The notes: generated by a model not told the origin, from the letters alone. A stretch of DNA of 64,000 nt from an uncultured Planctomycetales bacterium (GCA_964645795.1 CAZYCL010000006.1:5520-69519), one strand, 5' to 3'; positions 1 to 11,272 are shown, numbered from the stretch's first letter. A program made the numbers and translations.

Positions 1-306
1 GACCTGGAGCGCAGCGTAGAGCTGTCGGAGAAGAACCACCAGGACCTGCAGGCTTTCTTAAAAGGTGTTGAGATGATACTGGCGCATCTGTATCAGATGC
101 TTAAGGGCCACGGCGTAAAACCTATCGAGGCCCTCGGTAAGGGCTTCGATCCGAACTTTCATGAGGCATTGATGCAGGTCGAAGATAATAACCTGCCGGA
201 ACACACGGTAGTCGAAGAGATGCAAAAAGGCTATATGCTTAACGATAGGGTGATACGTACGTCAAAAGTAAAAGTTTCCAAGAAACCGGAGGTGCAGAAT
301 GGCTAA
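1..306 (+). CDS. grpE: GrpE nucleotide exchange factor, C-terminal part (5' end lies outside the window)
   Basis: Frame 1 is open from nt 1. The C-terminal motif ...[13 protein letters not shown]...[16 protein letters not shown] is typical of GrpE. Stop at 304-306 overlaps the dnaK start, the classic grpE-dnaK-dnaJ order. Confidence 0.8.
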   Translation, partial: DLERSVELSEKNHQDLQAFLKGVEMILAHLYQMLKGHGVKPIEALGKGFDPNFHEALMQVEDNNLPEHTVVEEMQKGYMLNDRVIRTSKVKVSKKPEVQNG

Positions 307-2221
307 AGTTATAGGGATCGACTTAGGAACATCAAATTCAGCCGCGGCAGTGATGGAGGGCGGCAGGCCCGTGATCATCCCTTCCGCGGAAGGCGCAGGA
401 GTTTCTTCCGGCAAGGCCTTTCCGTCTTACGTCGCTTTTACCAAGGACGGACAGCGCCTGGTAGGCGAGCCTGCCCGCAGGCAGGCAGCCATAAACCCGG
501 AAGGGACTATTCAGGCTGCCAAGCGCAAGATGGGCACGGACTATAAGTTCAAGGCAGCAGGAAAGGATTTCACGCCCCAGCAGATATCCGCTTTTATCCT
601 GCAGAAGATCAAGCAGGATGCCGAGGCCTATCTTGGGGATAAAGTAGAAGAGGTTGTGATCACCTGTCCTGCCTATTTCGATGATAACCAGCGTACCGCT
701 ACCAAAGATGCCGGAGAGATCGCCGGGCTTAAGGTGCTCAGGATCATCAATGAGCCGACGGCGGCGTGTCTGGCCTACGGGCTTGAGAAGGCGGGTAAAG
801 AATTAAAGATACTCGTCTTTGATCTGGGCGGCGGCACACTGGACGTCACCATCATGGAGATGTGGAAAGAAGGCGGCTTTAAGGTAGTCGCCACCAGCGG
901 CGACACGCAGCTTGGCGGCACAGACATGGATAACGTGCTCATAGACTATATCGCCAAGGAGTTCAAGAAGGAGACTGGTATCGACCTTAAGAACGACAAG
1001 ATGGCGGTACAGCGTCTGCGCGAGGCGGCAGAAAAAGCGAAGGTCGAGCTTTCCAGCACCGTCACCACCGACTTAAACCTTCCCTTTATTACCGCCGATG
1101 CCTCAGGGCCGAAGCATTTGGCCATGAGCATCAACCGCGCCAAGCTCGAAGAGCTGGTCAGCCCCATAGTCGAAAGGTGCCGGCATCCGTTGGAGCAGGC
1201 GATACAGGACGCCAAATCCGCCTTTGAAAAAGAAGGCTCAAGTTTCAATGCCAAAGACATCGACAAGATAATCATGGTAGGAGGCCCTACCAGGATGCCG
1301 GTGATCCAGAAGTTCGTTGAGGATTACTTCGGCAAGAAGATCGAACGCGGGATCGACCCCATGGAATGCGTGGCATTGGGCGCGGCAGTGCAGGCGGCGA
1401 TCATCAAGGGCGAGGTCAAGGATGTTCTTTTGCTTGATGTTACTCCGCTTTCGCTGGGGCTTGAGACCTTGGGAGGCGTCAATACCAGGCTTATCGAGCG
1501 CAACACTACCATCCCTACAAAAAAGTCGCAGGTCTTCTCTACTGCCGCCGATAATCAGACCGCGGTTACCATCAGGGTTCTGCAGGGCGAGCGCCAGATG
1601 GCCGACGATAATGTGGAGCTGGGCAGGTTTGATCTGGTAGGTATACCTCCGGCCCCGCGCGGGGTGCCGCAGGTAGAGGTTGCTTTCGATATCGATGCCA
1701 ACGGCATCGTGCATGTTTCGGCAAAGGACCTGGGGACCGGCAAGGAGCAATCTATCCGTATCACCGCTCCTAAGAAGCTCTCCAAGGAAGAGATAGACAA
1801 GATGGTAAAGGATGCCGAAAAGTTTGCCGCGGATGATGCCAAGAAAAAAGAAGAAGTCGAGGTCACCAACCAAGCGGACAATCTTGTCTACGCCACTGAA
1901 AAATCGCTTAAAGAGTATGGTGATAAAATCAGCCAGTCGGAGAGAGCAGAATTAGAGGCCAAGCTTAATGATCTCAAGACCGCTATAAAGGATAAGAATA
2001 TCGAGCGGATTAAAAAGGGCGCTGAAGAGGTGACCAAGGCTTCGCATAAGCTTGCCGAAGAGGTGTATAAGCAGGCAGCGGCAAAGCAACAGGCAGGAGG
2101 TGCCGGGTCTCAGGCAGGTGCCGGACCTAAACAAGAGTCCGCACAGGAAGAGCCGTCGCAGGATGCCAAGAAAGAAGACATCATTGACGCAGAGTATAAA
2201 GAAGAGGACGATAAGAAGTAA
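299..2221 (+). CDS. dnaK: Molecular chaperone DnaK (Hsp70)
   Basis: 640 aa. N-terminal [25 protein letters not shown] and [11 protein letters not shown] Hsp70 signatures, acidic C-terminal tail. Confidence 0.97.
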   Translation: MAKVIGIDLGTSNSAAAVMEGGRPVIIPSAEGAGVSSGKAFPSYVAFTKDGQRLVGEPARRQAAINPEGTIQAAKRKMGTDYKFKAAGKDFTPQQISAFILQKIKQDAEAYLGDKVEEVVITCPAYFDDNQRTATKDAGEIAGLKVLRIINEPTAACLAYGLEKAGKELKILVFDLGGGTLDVTIMEMWKEGGFKVVATSGDTQLGGTDMDNVLIDYIAKEFKKETGIDLKNDKMAVQRLREAAEKAKVELSSTVTTDLNLPFITADASGPKHLAMSINRAKLEELVSPIVERCRHPLEQAIQDAKSAFEKEGSSFNAKDIDKIIMVGGPTRMPVIQKFVEDYFGKKIERGIDPMECVALGAAVQAAIIKGEVKDVLLLDVTPLSLGLETLGGVNTRLIERNTTIPTKKSQVFSTAADNQTAVTIRVLQGERQMADDNVELGRFDLVGIPPAPRGVPQVEVAFDIDANGIVHVSAKDLGTGKEQSIRITAPKKLSKEEIDKMVKDAEKFAADDAKKKEEVEVTNQADNLVYATEKSLKEYGDKISQSERAELEAKLNDLKTAIKDKNIERIKKGAEEVTKASHKLAEEVYKQAAAKQQAGGAGSQAGAGPKQESAQEEPSQDAKKEDIIDAEYKEEDDKK

Positions 2222-2229
2222 AGGGGTCA

Positions 2230-3387
2230 ATGTCAACCAAACGCGACTACTACGAGATATTGAGTATAAAGAAGAACGCGACGCTTGATGAGGTCAAGAG
2301 CGCCTACCGACAGGCAGTGCTCAAGTATCATCCTGACAGGGTGCCTGCCGAGCAGAAGAAGGAAGCGGAAGAGAAGTTCAAGGAGATATCCGAAGCCTAC
2401 GCCGTGCTTTCCGACGCCAACAAGCGTTCGCTTTACGATCAGTACGGCCACTCCGGCATAGACCAGAAGTATGCCTATGAGGATATCTTCAAGGGAGCGG
2501 ACTTCAGCAGCGTTTTTCAGGACCTGGGCGGGTTTGGTTTCGGCGGAGGGATCTTTGAGGATATTTTCAGCGACCTGGGTTTTGATATAGGGGGACGTTC
2601 ATCCAGGGGCTCTGGTCGGCGCTCAAGAGGAAGGGACCTGCAGATAGCCGTTTCGATTACCCTGGAGGAAGCAGCCAGAGGCGTTGAGAAGACGATCACT
2701 GTACCCCGGTATGAAACTTGCGATACCTGCGGCGGTTCAGGCGCCAAGCCCGGGACAAAAAAGACGACCTGTCCTCAGTGCAAGGGTTCAGGCCGCACAG
2801 TAGTCTCCAGCGGTTTCTTTCAACTGGCCCAGACCTGCCAGCGTTGCCGCGGAGAAGGATCTCTTATTCAGTCGCCGTGCCCACAGTGCCGGGGCGAAGG
2901 TCGCACAAAGGTCACCCGTAAGATAAAAGTAAAGGTCCCGGCAGGAGTGGATACCGGTTCCCACCTAAGGATCAGGGGCGAGGGAGAACAGGGGGCCTCC
3001 AACCGAGGAGACCTGTATGTGATCATAGAGTTGGCCAGACATCCTATATTTGAAAGACATGAAAACGACATCGTTGCCGCCGTCGATATTAGCATGGTAA
3101 AAGCGGTGCTGGGAGGAGAGGTCGAGGTACCTACCCTCGAAGGCAAGGTGAGTATGAAGATACCCTCCGGCACGCAGAGCGGTAGGGTTTTCCGGTTAAA
3201 GGAAAAAGGCATCCCTGATGTTCATGGCCGCGGCCAGGGTGACGAGTTGATAAAGGTCAATGTCATTATACCTTCCAATCTCAATGCTGAACAGCGCAGG
3301 CTTATTGAGGAGTTTGCCAGGGCCACCGGAGAAAACCCTGATTCCAAAGAGAGCTTTACGGATAAGTTGAAAAAGGCGTTTAAATAG
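2230..3387 (+). CDS. dnaJ: Co-chaperone DnaJ
   Basis: 385 aa. J-domain with HPD (KYHPDR), Gly/Phe-rich linker, four CxxCxGxG zinc-finger repeats, C-terminal domain. Confidence 0.95.
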   Translation: MSTKRDYYEILSIKKNATLDEVKSAYRQAVLKYHPDRVPAEQKKEAEEKFKEISEAYAVLSDANKRSLYDQYGHSGIDQKYAYEDIFKGADFSSVFQDLGGFGFGGGIFEDIFSDLGFDIGGRSSRGSGRRSRGRDLQIAVSITLEEAARGVEKTITVPRYETCDTCGGSGAKPGTKKTTCPQCKGSGRTVVSSGFFQLAQTCQRCRGEGSLIQSPCPQCRGEGRTKVTRKIKVKVPAGVDTGSHLRIRGEGEQGASNRGDLYVIIELARHPIFERHENDIVAAVDISMVKAVLGGEVEVPTLEGKVSMKIPSGTQSGRVFRLKEKGIPDVHGRGQGDELIKVNVIIPSNLNAEQRRLIEEFARATGENPDSKESFTDKLKKAFK

Positions 3388-3399
3388 AAAGGGACTATT

Positions 3400-3672
3400 A
3401 TGCCGACCTACGAATACGAATGCGATAACTGCGGCCACATATTTGAGGCTTTTCAGGCCATGTCCGATAAGCCCCTGACCAGATGCCCCCGCTGCCAAAA
3501 GGAGAAGCTGACCAGGCTTATAGGAGGAGGGGCAGGGATAATCTTCAAGGGTTCCGGTTTCTACTCCACGGATTACCGCAAGAAGGATAACGGCCAACAG
3601 GACAAGGGCAAGCCGCCCTCCTGCCCGGGGGTCAAGGAAGGATGCAGTGGCTGCCCGCATAACCCTGAATAA
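3400..3672 (+). CDS. FmdB-family zinc-ribbon protein
   Basis: 90 aa. N-terminal YEYECDNCGH...RCPRCQ zinc-ribbon typical of the FmdB putative regulatory family. Confidence 0.7.
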   Translation: MPTYEYECDNCGHIFEAFQAMSDKPLTRCPRCQKEKLTRLIGGGAGIIFKGSGFYSTDYRKKDNGQQDKGKPPSCPGVKEGCSGCPHNPE

Positions 3673-4027
3673 GAAGACGGCATTCTTCGGGCTCTGGCTG
3701 CCGGTGCTGTTGTGCATGGCCGTTATATTCTATGCCTCTTCGGTGCCCGGAGACGACATACCCGGCCTGTTCCCTTGGCAGGATATAGCCTTCCACTTCG
3801 CCATATACATGATCCTGGGCTTTTTATCCTCCCGCGCCATAAAAAATAGTTGGAATATGGGGGCGTTAAAGGTTATAATATCATCTTTAGCGTTGGGCAT
3901 TCTTTACGCTGCCAGCGATGAGTTCCACCAGCTTTTCGTGGCCTACAGGACAGCCAGTATCGCGGACATCCTCATAGACAGCGCGGGAAATCTTGCAGGA
4001 GGCATCCTCTACCGATGGCTTGCATAA
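3647..4027 (+). CDS. VanZ-like family membrane protein
   Basis: 126 aa, several transmembrane segments. Overall resemblance to VanZ-like proteins. The start is uncertain because it overlaps the preceding ORF by 26 nt. Confidence 0.5.
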   Translation: MAARITLNKKTAFFGLWLPVLLCMAVIFYASSVPGDDIPGLFPWQDIAFHFAIYMILGFLSSRAIKNSWNMGALKVIISSLALGILYAASDEFHQLFVAYRTASIADILIDSAGNLAGGILYRWLA

Positions 4028-5313
4028 AACCTTTCAAGGCGTTTATCTACAATACCGAGAAGATAAAAGACCTGGCCAGCGTCGTCTGCCCGCCGTATGA
4101 CGTCATTTCGCCCGAGGCCCAGGAGTCCTATCACAGCCGCAATCAGCATAATTTCATACATATACTACTGGGCAAGGATATCCCGGGCGAAGACAAATAT
4201 CAGCGCGCCTCCAAGGTCTTCCAGGACTGGATAAAGGAGAGGATACTCATCCAGGACCCCGTGCCTTCCATATACTTCTATAGCCAGGAGTTCCATATCA
4301 AGGGAGAAAAAAAGACCAGGTTCGGTTTCATCTCGCTCCTGAAGCTGCGGGATGCCGATACCCCTGTCTACGCCCACGAGAATACCCGCGTGGGGCCGAA
4401 AGAAGACAGGTTAAGGCTGTTGAATCAGGTAAAGGCAAACCTCAGCCCGATATTTTCGGTCTTTTTGGATAAGAAGCGCATCATCCAGAGGCTCAACCAA
4501 AAGTACATACAGGGCAAGCCATTTATCGACATAGTCGATGATGACAGGGTTTCACATAAGTTGTGGAGGCTCAACTCCCCCGCCCTGATCGATATGGTGG
4601 GGAAAGGCATGATCGGAGAAAACATCTTTATCGCCGACGGCCACCATCGTTACGAGGTGGCTTGCGCTTTCAGGGAGGCGATGAAGGCCAAGCTTGGCAG
4701 CGCCTTCACGGGAGAAGAGGATTTTAATTACATAGTGTCTTATTTTACCAATACCGACTACCGGGGGTTGTCCATCCTGCCCATACACAGGCTCCTGAAG
4801 CTGGATAATGAGCCCGATATGGCCAAGCTCAAGCTTGACCTTTCGCAGTACTTTGACGTCGAGGAAAAGATTAAGGAGAAAAGGCGGTTCTTTTTCATGA
4901 TGGAGAAGGGCGGGGTAGCGGAGCATGTCGTAGGCATTTACTTTAAGAACAACAAGTACTGGCTTATCAGGCTTAAGAACGTCAAGATGCTGGATAAGCT
5001 TATCAGCGACAAGCCCAAGGAGTACCGTTCGCTGGATGCCTCTATCCTTAACCACCTTGTTTTTAAGAACGTCCTGGGCTTTGACCTGGATAACCTCGAG
5101 AACAAGGTCGATATCACCTTTTCGCCCGACGCGGAAGAGTTCATCAATAAAGTGAATGAGGACGGCTCTTATATAGCGTTTTTCCTGAATCCGGTGAAGA
5201 TCCAGCAGATAATCGCCGTGGCCATGGCCGGCCACAGGATGCCGGCTAAATCCACCTATTTTTATCCGAAGCTGCTCAGCGGTCTGCTGGTAAATAAGCT
5301 CGCGGGAGTATAG
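4015..5313 (+). CDS. DUF1015-family protein (function unknown)
   Basis: 432 aa. N-terminus IKPFKAF..., GHHRYE motif and overall length match DUF1015 proteins as I recall them. Confidence 0.55.
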   Translation: MACIKPFKAFIYNTEKIKDLASVVCPPYDVISPEAQESYHSRNQHNFIHILLGKDIPGEDKYQRASKVFQDWIKERILIQDPVPSIYFYSQEFHIKGEKKTRFGFISLLKLRDADTPVYAHENTRVGPKEDRLRLLNQVKANLSPIFSVFLDKKRIIQRLNQKYIQGKPFIDIVDDDRVSHKLWRLNSPALIDMVGKGMIGENIFIADGHHRYEVACAFREAMKAKLGSAFTGEEDFNYIVSYFTNTDYRGLSILPIHRLLKLDNEPDMAKLKLDLSQYFDVEEKIKEKRRFFFMMEKGGVAEHVVGIYFKNNKYWLIRLKNVKMLDKLISDKPKEYRSLDASILNHLVFKNVLGFDLDNLENKVDITFSPDAEEFINKVNEDGSYIAFFLNPVKIQQIIAVAMAGHRMPAKSTYFYPKLLSGLLVNKLAGV

Positions 5314-5315
5314 AG

Positions 5316-6158
5316 ATGGCGTTGTTCGGAAAGCCCAAGTATACGATCGTTCGCGTAAAAAAGAAGGAGATACCTGAGGGCCTTTGGACCAAATGCGAGG
5401 GCTGCAGCGAGCCGCTGTACAACAAGACCCTGGAAGAGAACCTGAAGGTCTGCCCCAAGTGCAATTACCATTTTACGCTGGGGGCCTATGAGAGGCTGGG
5501 AATACTTTTGGATGAGGGCACATTCGTCGAACAGGATAAAGATATGGTATCGGGGGACCCGCTTGATTTCAAGGGGCCCAAGACCTACAAAGAAAAACTT
5601 TCCAGCGACCGGTCGTCCACAGGGCTTAGTGACGCGGTGGTCTCCGGTAAAGGCGCCATAGGCTTAAAGACCACGATGATCGCGGTCACGGATTCGCGTT
5701 TTATTATGGGTTCGATGGGGTCGGTGGTAGGGGAAAAGATCACCCGCACGATAGAGCAGGCTACCCGCCAGAAACTTCCGGTGGTCATCGTCTCCGGTTC
5801 GGGCGGCGGGGCGCGCATGTATGAAGGGATGTTCAGCCTGATGCAGATGTCCAAGACCTGCGCCGCGCTCAATTACCATAAGAAGGCAGGCCTCGGTTTC
5901 ATATCCGTGCTTACCAACCCCACCATGGCCGGCGTAATGGCCTCTTTCGCCGGGATCGGGGACATCATCCTCGCCGAGCCCAATGCCCTCATAGGTTTTA
6001 CCGGGCCGAGGGTAATCGAGCAGACCATAAGGCAGAAACTTCCCCATGGCTTCCAGCGCTCAGAGTTTTTGCTTGATCACGGGCTTATCGACATGATCGT
6101 GCACCGTAAGAACCTCAAGAGCACGCTTACTCAATTGTTAGACTATTTAAGCCGATAA
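5316..6158 (+). CDS. accD: Acetyl-CoA carboxylase carboxyltransferase beta subunit
   Basis: 280 aa. N-terminal C4 zinc finger (CxxC...CPKC) followed by a carboxyltransferase domain with a GGGARM motif. Confidence 0.9.
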   Translation: MALFGKPKYTIVRVKKKEIPEGLWTKCEGCSEPLYNKTLEENLKVCPKCNYHFTLGAYERLGILLDEGTFVEQDKDMVSGDPLDFKGPKTYKEKLSSDRSSTGLSDAVVSGKGAIGLKTTMIAVTDSRFIMGSMGSVVGEKITRTIEQATRQKLPVVIVSGSGGGARMYEGMFSLMQMSKTCAALNYHKKAGLGFISVLTNPTMAGVMASFAGIGDIILAEPNALIGFTGPRVIEQTIRQKLPHGFQRSEFLLDHGLIDMIVHRKNLKSTLTQLLDYLSR

Positions 6159-6161
6159 AAC

Positions 6162-7265
6162 ATGGCACAGGTCAGCCTTAAGGGCGTATCGAAGGTTTAC
6201 GCCGACGGCGCGCGGGCGGTCAATAACGTCAGCCTCGGCATCGAGAACAGGGAGTTTATGGTCCTGGTCGGTCCTTCCGGATGCGGCAAGTCCACGACCT
6301 TAAGGATGATCGCCGGCCTCGAAGATATAAGCGAAGGGGAGATCTTCATAGGGGGCAGGAAGATAAACGATGTCCCGGCCAAAGACCGCGACATCGCGAT
6401 GGTCTTTCAGAACTACGCCCTTTATCCCCACATGACGGTATTGGAGAACATGTCGTTTGGCCTGAGGCTGTGCCATATCCCGAAGGCCGAGATGCTGCGC
6501 CGGGTAAACGAGGCCGCGGATATCTTGGGCATCAGAAATCTTCTTGGCAAGCGGCCGGGTCAGTTATCGGGCGGGGAGAGGCAGCGCGTTGCCGTGGGCA
6601 GGGCGATAGTCAGAAAGCCCCTGGTATTCCTTTTTGATGAGCCTTTGAGCAACCTCGATGCGAAGATGAGGGTTCAGATGCGCACCGAGATCCGTAAGCT
6701 CCACGCCAGGCTCCAGACCACCGTCATCTACGTTACCCACGACCAGGTCGAAGCCATGACCATGGGAGACAGGATCGCGGTGATGAAAGACGGCGTATTC
6801 CTGCAGGTCGCCGACCCCATCGAGATATACGACCACCCCAGAAACAGGTTCGTCGCCGGCTTTATCGGCTCTCCGCCTATGAGCTTCATGAACGGAAGAA
6901 TCGTCAAGAAAGAGGGAAGGTTCTATTTCGACGAGGGCAAGATATTCGTCAAGGTCGTGGAAGACATGTACCAGAAATTAGCCTCTTATGTGGGCAAGGA
7001 AGTGATTTTCGGCATCCGCTGCGAGGATATCTATGATAAGCTCTTTGTATCGGAGGCGCCACCCGAGAACATCGCCAGGGTCACCTGCGAAGTGTATGAG
7101 CCCATGGGTTCGGAGGTCTATCTGTATCTTAACACCGGCAAGCACACATTTGTCGCCCGTGTAGGCGCGCACGACAAACCCAGGCTTAACCAGGATATGG
7201 ACGTGGTCTTTGATATGAGCAAGGTCCATTTCTTCGATAAAAGCAGCGAAGAGACCATAGTATAA
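6162..7265 (+). CDS. ABC transporter ATP-binding protein, MalK/UgpC/MsmK-type sugar-import ATPase
   Basis: 367 aa. Walker A GPSGCGKST, LSGGERQRVAVGRA signature, Walker B LFDEPLSNLD, C-terminal MalK-like regulatory domain. No permease gene is adjacent. Confidence 0.85.
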   Translation: MAQVSLKGVSKVYADGARAVNNVSLGIENREFMVLVGPSGCGKSTTLRMIAGLEDISEGEIFIGGRKINDVPAKDRDIAMVFQNYALYPHMTVLENMSFGLRLCHIPKAEMLRRVNEAADILGIRNLLGKRPGQLSGGERQRVAVGRAIVRKPLVFLFDEPLSNLDAKMRVQMRTEIRKLHARLQTTVIYVTHDQVEAMTMGDRIAVMKDGVFLQVADPIEIYDHPRNRFVAGFIGSPPMSFMNGRIVKKEGRFYFDEGKIFVKVVEDMYQKLASYVGKEVIFGIRCEDIYDKLFVSEAPPENIARVTCEVYEPMGSEVYLYLNTGKHTFVARVGAHDKPRLNQDMDVVFDMSKVHFFDKSSEETIV

Positions 7266-7274
7266 AGACAAAAA

Positions 7275-8603
7275 TTGCCGTTAAAAACCAAGTCAACGGT
7301 CCAAAACTACCTGTCCTTTCTTGAAAAGTCGCTTCTGGTAAAGATAGCGGCTGGCCTGGCCGGTTTTCTCTTCCTGTATGTTTACCTGCCGATATACCTT
7401 AAACACTCCCTTAAGTACGACTCATACCTTGCGCTAATCATTTTTCATTTGTTCAACCTCGCGGCGATATTATTGGTGTTAAAGCTTGCCATAAACAAGA
7501 AGTATAGCTTTAACTACAAGATCGGATTCCTGCAGGAGGAGACCAACGTTTCCGCCAACCGTAACAATCAGCTGCTTAAGGAAGGCGTCGCCCTGCAGTC
7601 CAAGATCATCCGTTACAGCAGCCTGAAAAAAGTTGTCGAAGAGATAAACGAAGACCTGCGCATCGATTCGGTAGCCAACAATCTGGTTTCCATCGCGTTT
7701 TCCCTGGTTTCCAACAACAAAGGGAACTGCGTGCTCTACCTGGTGGATAACCAGACGCAGAAGCTGGCGCTTTTCAGGTCGAGGAAAGAAGACAGGAAGC
7801 TCGTCGTCAAGAGCAAGGAAGGCGACATGCTTGATTACTGGGTGCTCAGGCACGCCAGCCCCCTGCTGGTCGAGGATATAAAAAAAGATTTCCGTTTCGA
7901 TACCGAAAGGTTTTGCGAATATCCCCGCCAGATCGCATCATTAGTCAGCTCACCGCTTATAAGCGACCATCGCTTCCTGGGTATTCTCAGGCTTGACCAT
8001 CCCGAACCCAACTTCTTCTCGCTTGACGACCTCAGGTTTCTTATGACCATCTGCGATCTGGGGGCGGTAGCCCTGGAGAACAGCCAGTTCTTCAGGGAAA
8101 CGCAGAACCTGGCAATTCATGACGAACTTACTTCGCTCTATACCAAAGGCTTTTTCATGCAGAGCCTCAAAGAAGAATGTGAGCGGGCCCTGCGTTCAAA
8201 AAAGCCTTTTTCGTTCTTTATGCTGGACATCGACAACTTCAAGGGTTACAACGACAGGTTCGGTCATACCGCAGGAGACATAGTCTTGAAGAACATAAGC
8301 CAGATGATCCTTGAGGCGCTCAAGGATTTCAGCCCTATTGTCAGCCGTTTCGGAGGAGAGGAGTTCTGCGTGATACTGCCTGGTATGCACAGGGATGAAG
8401 CCGTGACTCTGGCAGGTCAGCTTAGGGAACGGGTTGAGAAAAAGAAAATACTGCTGCGCCGCCAGGAGACCACGGTTACCGTGTCCATCGGAGTGGCGGC
8501 ATTTCCTGCCGATGCCGCGGACAAGGATTCGCTTATCCATAAAGCGGATAAGGCCATGTATCAGGCAAAGCAAAAAGGGAGGAACAGGGTATGCTCTATA
8601 TAG
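7275..8603 (+). CDS. Diguanylate cyclase with N-terminal membrane region, GAF-like domain and GGDEF domain
   Basis: 442 aa. Two predicted TM helices, GAF-like middle region, intact RFGGEEF active-site motif, Mg-binding DID upstream. Confidence 0.8.
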   Translation: MPLKTKSTVQNYLSFLEKSLLVKIAAGLAGFLFLYVYLPIYLKHSLKYDSYLALIIFHLFNLAAILLVLKLAINKKYSFNYKIGFLQEETNVSANRNNQLLKEGVALQSKIIRYSSLKKVVEEINEDLRIDSVANNLVSIAFSLVSNNKGNCVLYLVDNQTQKLALFRSRKEDRKLVVKSKEGDMLDYWVLRHASPLLVEDIKKDFRFDTERFCEYPRQIASLVSSPLISDHRFLGILRLDHPEPNFFSLDDLRFLMTICDLGAVALENSQFFRETQNLAIHDELTSLYTKGFFMQSLKEECERALRSKKPFSFFMLDIDNFKGYNDRFGHTAGDIVLKNISQMILEALKDFSPIVSRFGGEEFCVILPGMHRDEAVTLAGQLRERVEKKKILLRRQETTVTVSIGVAAFPADAADKDSLIHKADKAMYQAKQKGRNRVCSI

Positions 8604-9598
8604 GGATACTCCTGTGCCTGAGCATCGCGCTGATCGTTATATTTGAGCGCTACCTTTGGCTGCAGTTCGCCAAGGTCCAGGTTTATTATAACCAGTTGGA
8701 AGCCGAGAAGAAGGCCCTGGATGCCGATAACAGTCGCCTGGAAAAAGATAACGAGAACCTCCTGAAAGCAGTGGAAGACATGGTTTCGCTCTACGACTTG
8801 ACTAAAGATATCTGTCGCACGCTCGATGAAGACAGGATCCTTTCTATATTCAAGTCGCACATCGATACTCGTATCCAGGTCCAGGAGTTCGATTTCCTTA
8901 AATCAGAAACACAACTTCCTGAATCTCAAAATGTTACGATTCTTCCCTTAAAGATCCACAAGAATACTATCGGCTACCTTTATGCAAGAGGTATTCTAAG
9001 AGGCGAAGACAAAGAGAGGTTCGCGATACTTGGCCAGCAGTTCTTGCTGGGCTACAAAAGGACCCTTCTTTATAAGGAGGTCCAGCAGCTTACCATAACT
9101 GACGGTCTTACGCAGATATTTAACCGGCGTTATTTTCTCGAAAGGTTCGCCGAGGAGCTTAACCGCTCAAAGAACCTGAAGCTTAACCTGTCGTTTTTGA
9201 TGGTCGATATCGACAGGTTCAAGGGGTATAACGACCACTACGGGCACCTGGTCGGCGATGTGCTACTCAAGGAGTTGGCGCGGGTGATCAAAGAAAATAT
9301 CCGCCAGATCGATTTTATGGGACGCTATGGCGGGGAAGAGATCTCTATAGTCCTGGCCGAAACAGACAAGGAGCAGGCCAGGTTTGCAGCCGAGCGTATC
9401 CGCCAGGCTGTGGAATCAAAGCGCGTGCGCGCTTACGACGAGGAGCTGGGCGCTACTGTCAGCATTGGGATATCCACATATCCCGACGATGCCTGCGATA
9501 CCAGCCAGCTTATCGACAAATCGGACCAGGCGCTCTATGTTGCAAAGCACAGCGGCAGGAACAAGGTCAGCGCTTATAACGATAAAAAGGCGTCATGA
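8591..9598 (+). CDS. GGDEF-domain protein (diguanylate cyclase, variant GGEEI motif)
   Basis: 335 aa. N-terminal TM helix and coiled coil. The GGDEF domain carries GRYGGEEISIVL (F to I in the signature). Overlaps the upstream GGDEF gene by 13 nt. Confidence 0.75.
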   Translation: MLYIGILLCLSIALIVIFERYLWLQFAKVQVYYNQLEAEKKALDADNSRLEKDNENLLKAVEDMVSLYDLTKDICRTLDEDRILSIFKSHIDTRIQVQEFDFLKSETQLPESQNVTILPLKIHKNTIGYLYARGILRGEDKERFAILGQQFLLGYKRTLLYKEVQQLTITDGLTQIFNRRYFLERFAEELNRSKNLKLNLSFLMVDIDRFKGYNDHYGHLVGDVLLKELARVIKENIRQIDFMGRYGGEEISIVLAETDKEQARFAAERIRQAVESKRVRAYDEELGATVSIGISTYPDDACDTSQLIDKSDQALYVAKHSGRNKVSAYNDKKAS

Positions 9599-9658
9599 CG
9601 CAAGCGCCCCCTCAACTAATATCTTGCATTAAAAATACTTTTAATATAAAATAGCCCA

Positions 9659-10585
9659 ATGGGTAAGCAATACATCGTGGCGGTCGACCTGGGCGGTACA
9701 AATATAAAGTTGGGCCTGTTTGGCGGCGGCAGCAGGATCCTCAAGAGGCGCCTGATCAGCACCCGCAGTTACAAGGGCAGGAATGAGCTTATTAACGGCC
9801 TGGCGCAGGCGGTCCCGGAGTTACTTAAGCAAAAACGAATAAAAAAAAGCCAGGTGCTGGGGTTAGGCATTGGCCTGCCAGGGCCTACTGATGCAAACAG
9901 AGGGATAGTGCACTTCCTCCCCAATATTTCCGGTTGGAAAGAAGTCCCGCTTAAGAAGATCCTCGAAACAAAATTGCATTTACCGGTCTTTGTGGATAAT
10001 GACGCCAAGATCATGACCTTGGCCGAACACAAATATGGGGCAGCAAGAAAATATAAGAACGCCCTATGCGTGACTTTGGGTACCGGCGTAGGCGGTGGCC
10101 TGATTCTCGACGGCAGGCTTTACCGCGGCCAGGACAATGCCAGCGGGGAGATCGGCCATTTGCCGATAAACGAAACCGGGCCGCTGTGCAACTGCGGGGG
10201 CCTGGCCTGCCTTGAGTCTTATGTCGGGAATTTGCGCATAATCGCCGAAGCCAAAAAGGCGTTTGGCAAAGAAGTTTCTTTGGAAGAGCTCAGCCTCCTG
10301 GCCGGACGCGGCAACAGAAAAGCGCGCGAGATCTGGGAGACGGTAGGCCGGCGGCTCGGGCTGGCTTTTACCGCGCTGGTCAATACGCTTAACCTTGATG
10401 CCATTGTCGTCGGAGGCGGAGTAGCGGCGGCCGGGAAAGCGCTTTTTGAGCCGATAATCAAGACTATAAAAAAGAGGGCGATGAGCGTCCAGGCAAAGAG
10501 AGTAAAGCTCTTTAAGGCGCGTTTTGCCTCGGATGCCGGCCTGGTTGGGGCGATGGTGCTGGTTAGGCAAAGGGTATCCTCATGA
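9659..10585 (+). CDS. ROK-family glucokinase
   Basis: 308 aa. N-terminal [11 protein letters not shown]-binding motif and ROK zinc-binding CxCGxxGCxE motif ([10 protein letters not shown]). Confidence 0.8.
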   Translation: MGKQYIVAVDLGGTNIKLGLFGGGSRILKRRLISTRSYKGRNELINGLAQAVPELLKQKRIKKSQVLGLGIGLPGPTDANRGIVHFLPNISGWKEVPLKKILETKLHLPVFVDNDAKIMTLAEHKYGAARKYKNALCVTLGTGVGGGLILDGRLYRGQDNASGEIGHLPINETGPLCNCGGLACLESYVGNLRIIAEAKKAFGKEVSLEELSLLAGRGNRKAREIWETVGRRLGLAFTALVNTLNLDAIVVGGGVAAAGKALFEPIIKTIKKRAMSVQAKRVKLFKARFASDAGLVGAMVLVRQRVSS

Positions 10586-11229
10586 AGATATTTATCGATA
10601 CGGCAAGCATCAAAGAGATAAAAGAAGCGGCAAGCCTGGGCGTGATAGACGGCGTTACCACTAACCCGACGCTGGTGGCCAGAGAGAATGTTTCGATGCA
10701 CGAGCTTCTTAAAGACATCTGCGCCGCTGTCGCCGGGCCTGTAAGCGCCGAGGTCATCAGCCTGGATTGCGACGGGATGGTGGAAGAGGCGCGCCAGCTT
10801 TCCAAGATCGCCAAGAACATCGTGATCAAAGTCCCCCTTATCAAAGAGGGGCTCAAGGCCGTAAAGATCCTGGCTGCGCAGGGCATCCACACCAATGTGA
10901 CGCTGTGCTTCTCTGCCTCGCAGGCCCTCCTGGCTGCCAAGGCCGGGGCTACGTACATTTCGCCTTTTATCGGCAGGCTCGACGATATCAGCCAGGAAGG
11001 CATGAACCTGGTCCGGGACATAATCGCCATTTACAAGAATTACGGTTTTAAGACTGAGGTAATCGTCGCGTCGGTCAGGAACCCCATGCATGTGGTAGAT
11101 GCGGCCTTGATCGGGGCGCATATCGCCACGGTCCCGTTTTCAGTGATCACTCAGTTGATCAAGCATCCTCTGACCGATATCGGGGTAGAGAGGTTCCTGG
11201 AGGATTATAAGAAGATACCGCAGAAATAG
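10582..11229 (+). CDS. Transaldolase / fructose-6-phosphate aldolase family (short type 3B)
   Basis: 215 aa. N-terminal MKIFIDTA...TTNPTL and active-site Lys context IKVP are typical of short transaldolases/Fsa. Confidence 0.85.
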   Translation: MKIFIDTASIKEIKEAASLGVIDGVTTNPTLVARENVSMHELLKDICAAVAGPVSAEVISLDCDGMVEEARQLSKIAKNIVIKVPLIKEGLKAVKILAAQGIHTNVTLCFSASQALLAAKAGATYISPFIGRLDDISQEGMNLVRDIIAIYKNYGFKTEVIVASVRNPMHVVDAALIGAHIATVPFSVITQLIKHPLTDIGVERFLEDYKKIPQK

Positions 11230-11272
11230 CGGTTAGCGTATAGCGATTAGTCAGTCGGAGAGCAAATACCAA

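Noticed and set aside
1238-1873. 211-aa minus-strand ORF inside dnaK (and similar antisense ORFs at 946-1275, 1555-1881)
   Set aside because: Lies entirely antisense to a highly conserved Hsp70 coding region. No RBS and no recognisable product. Typical spurious ORFs in GC-rich coding DNA.
4552-5235. 227-aa minus-strand ORF inside the DUF1015 gene
   Set aside because: Antisense to a + strand gene with a conserved N-terminus and contiguous operon context. No start-site signals.
10219-11121. 300-aa minus-strand ORF overlapping glucokinase and transaldolase
   Set aside because: Both + strand genes have clear family motifs. The antisense ORF has low-complexity Arg/Pro-rich composition and no RBS.
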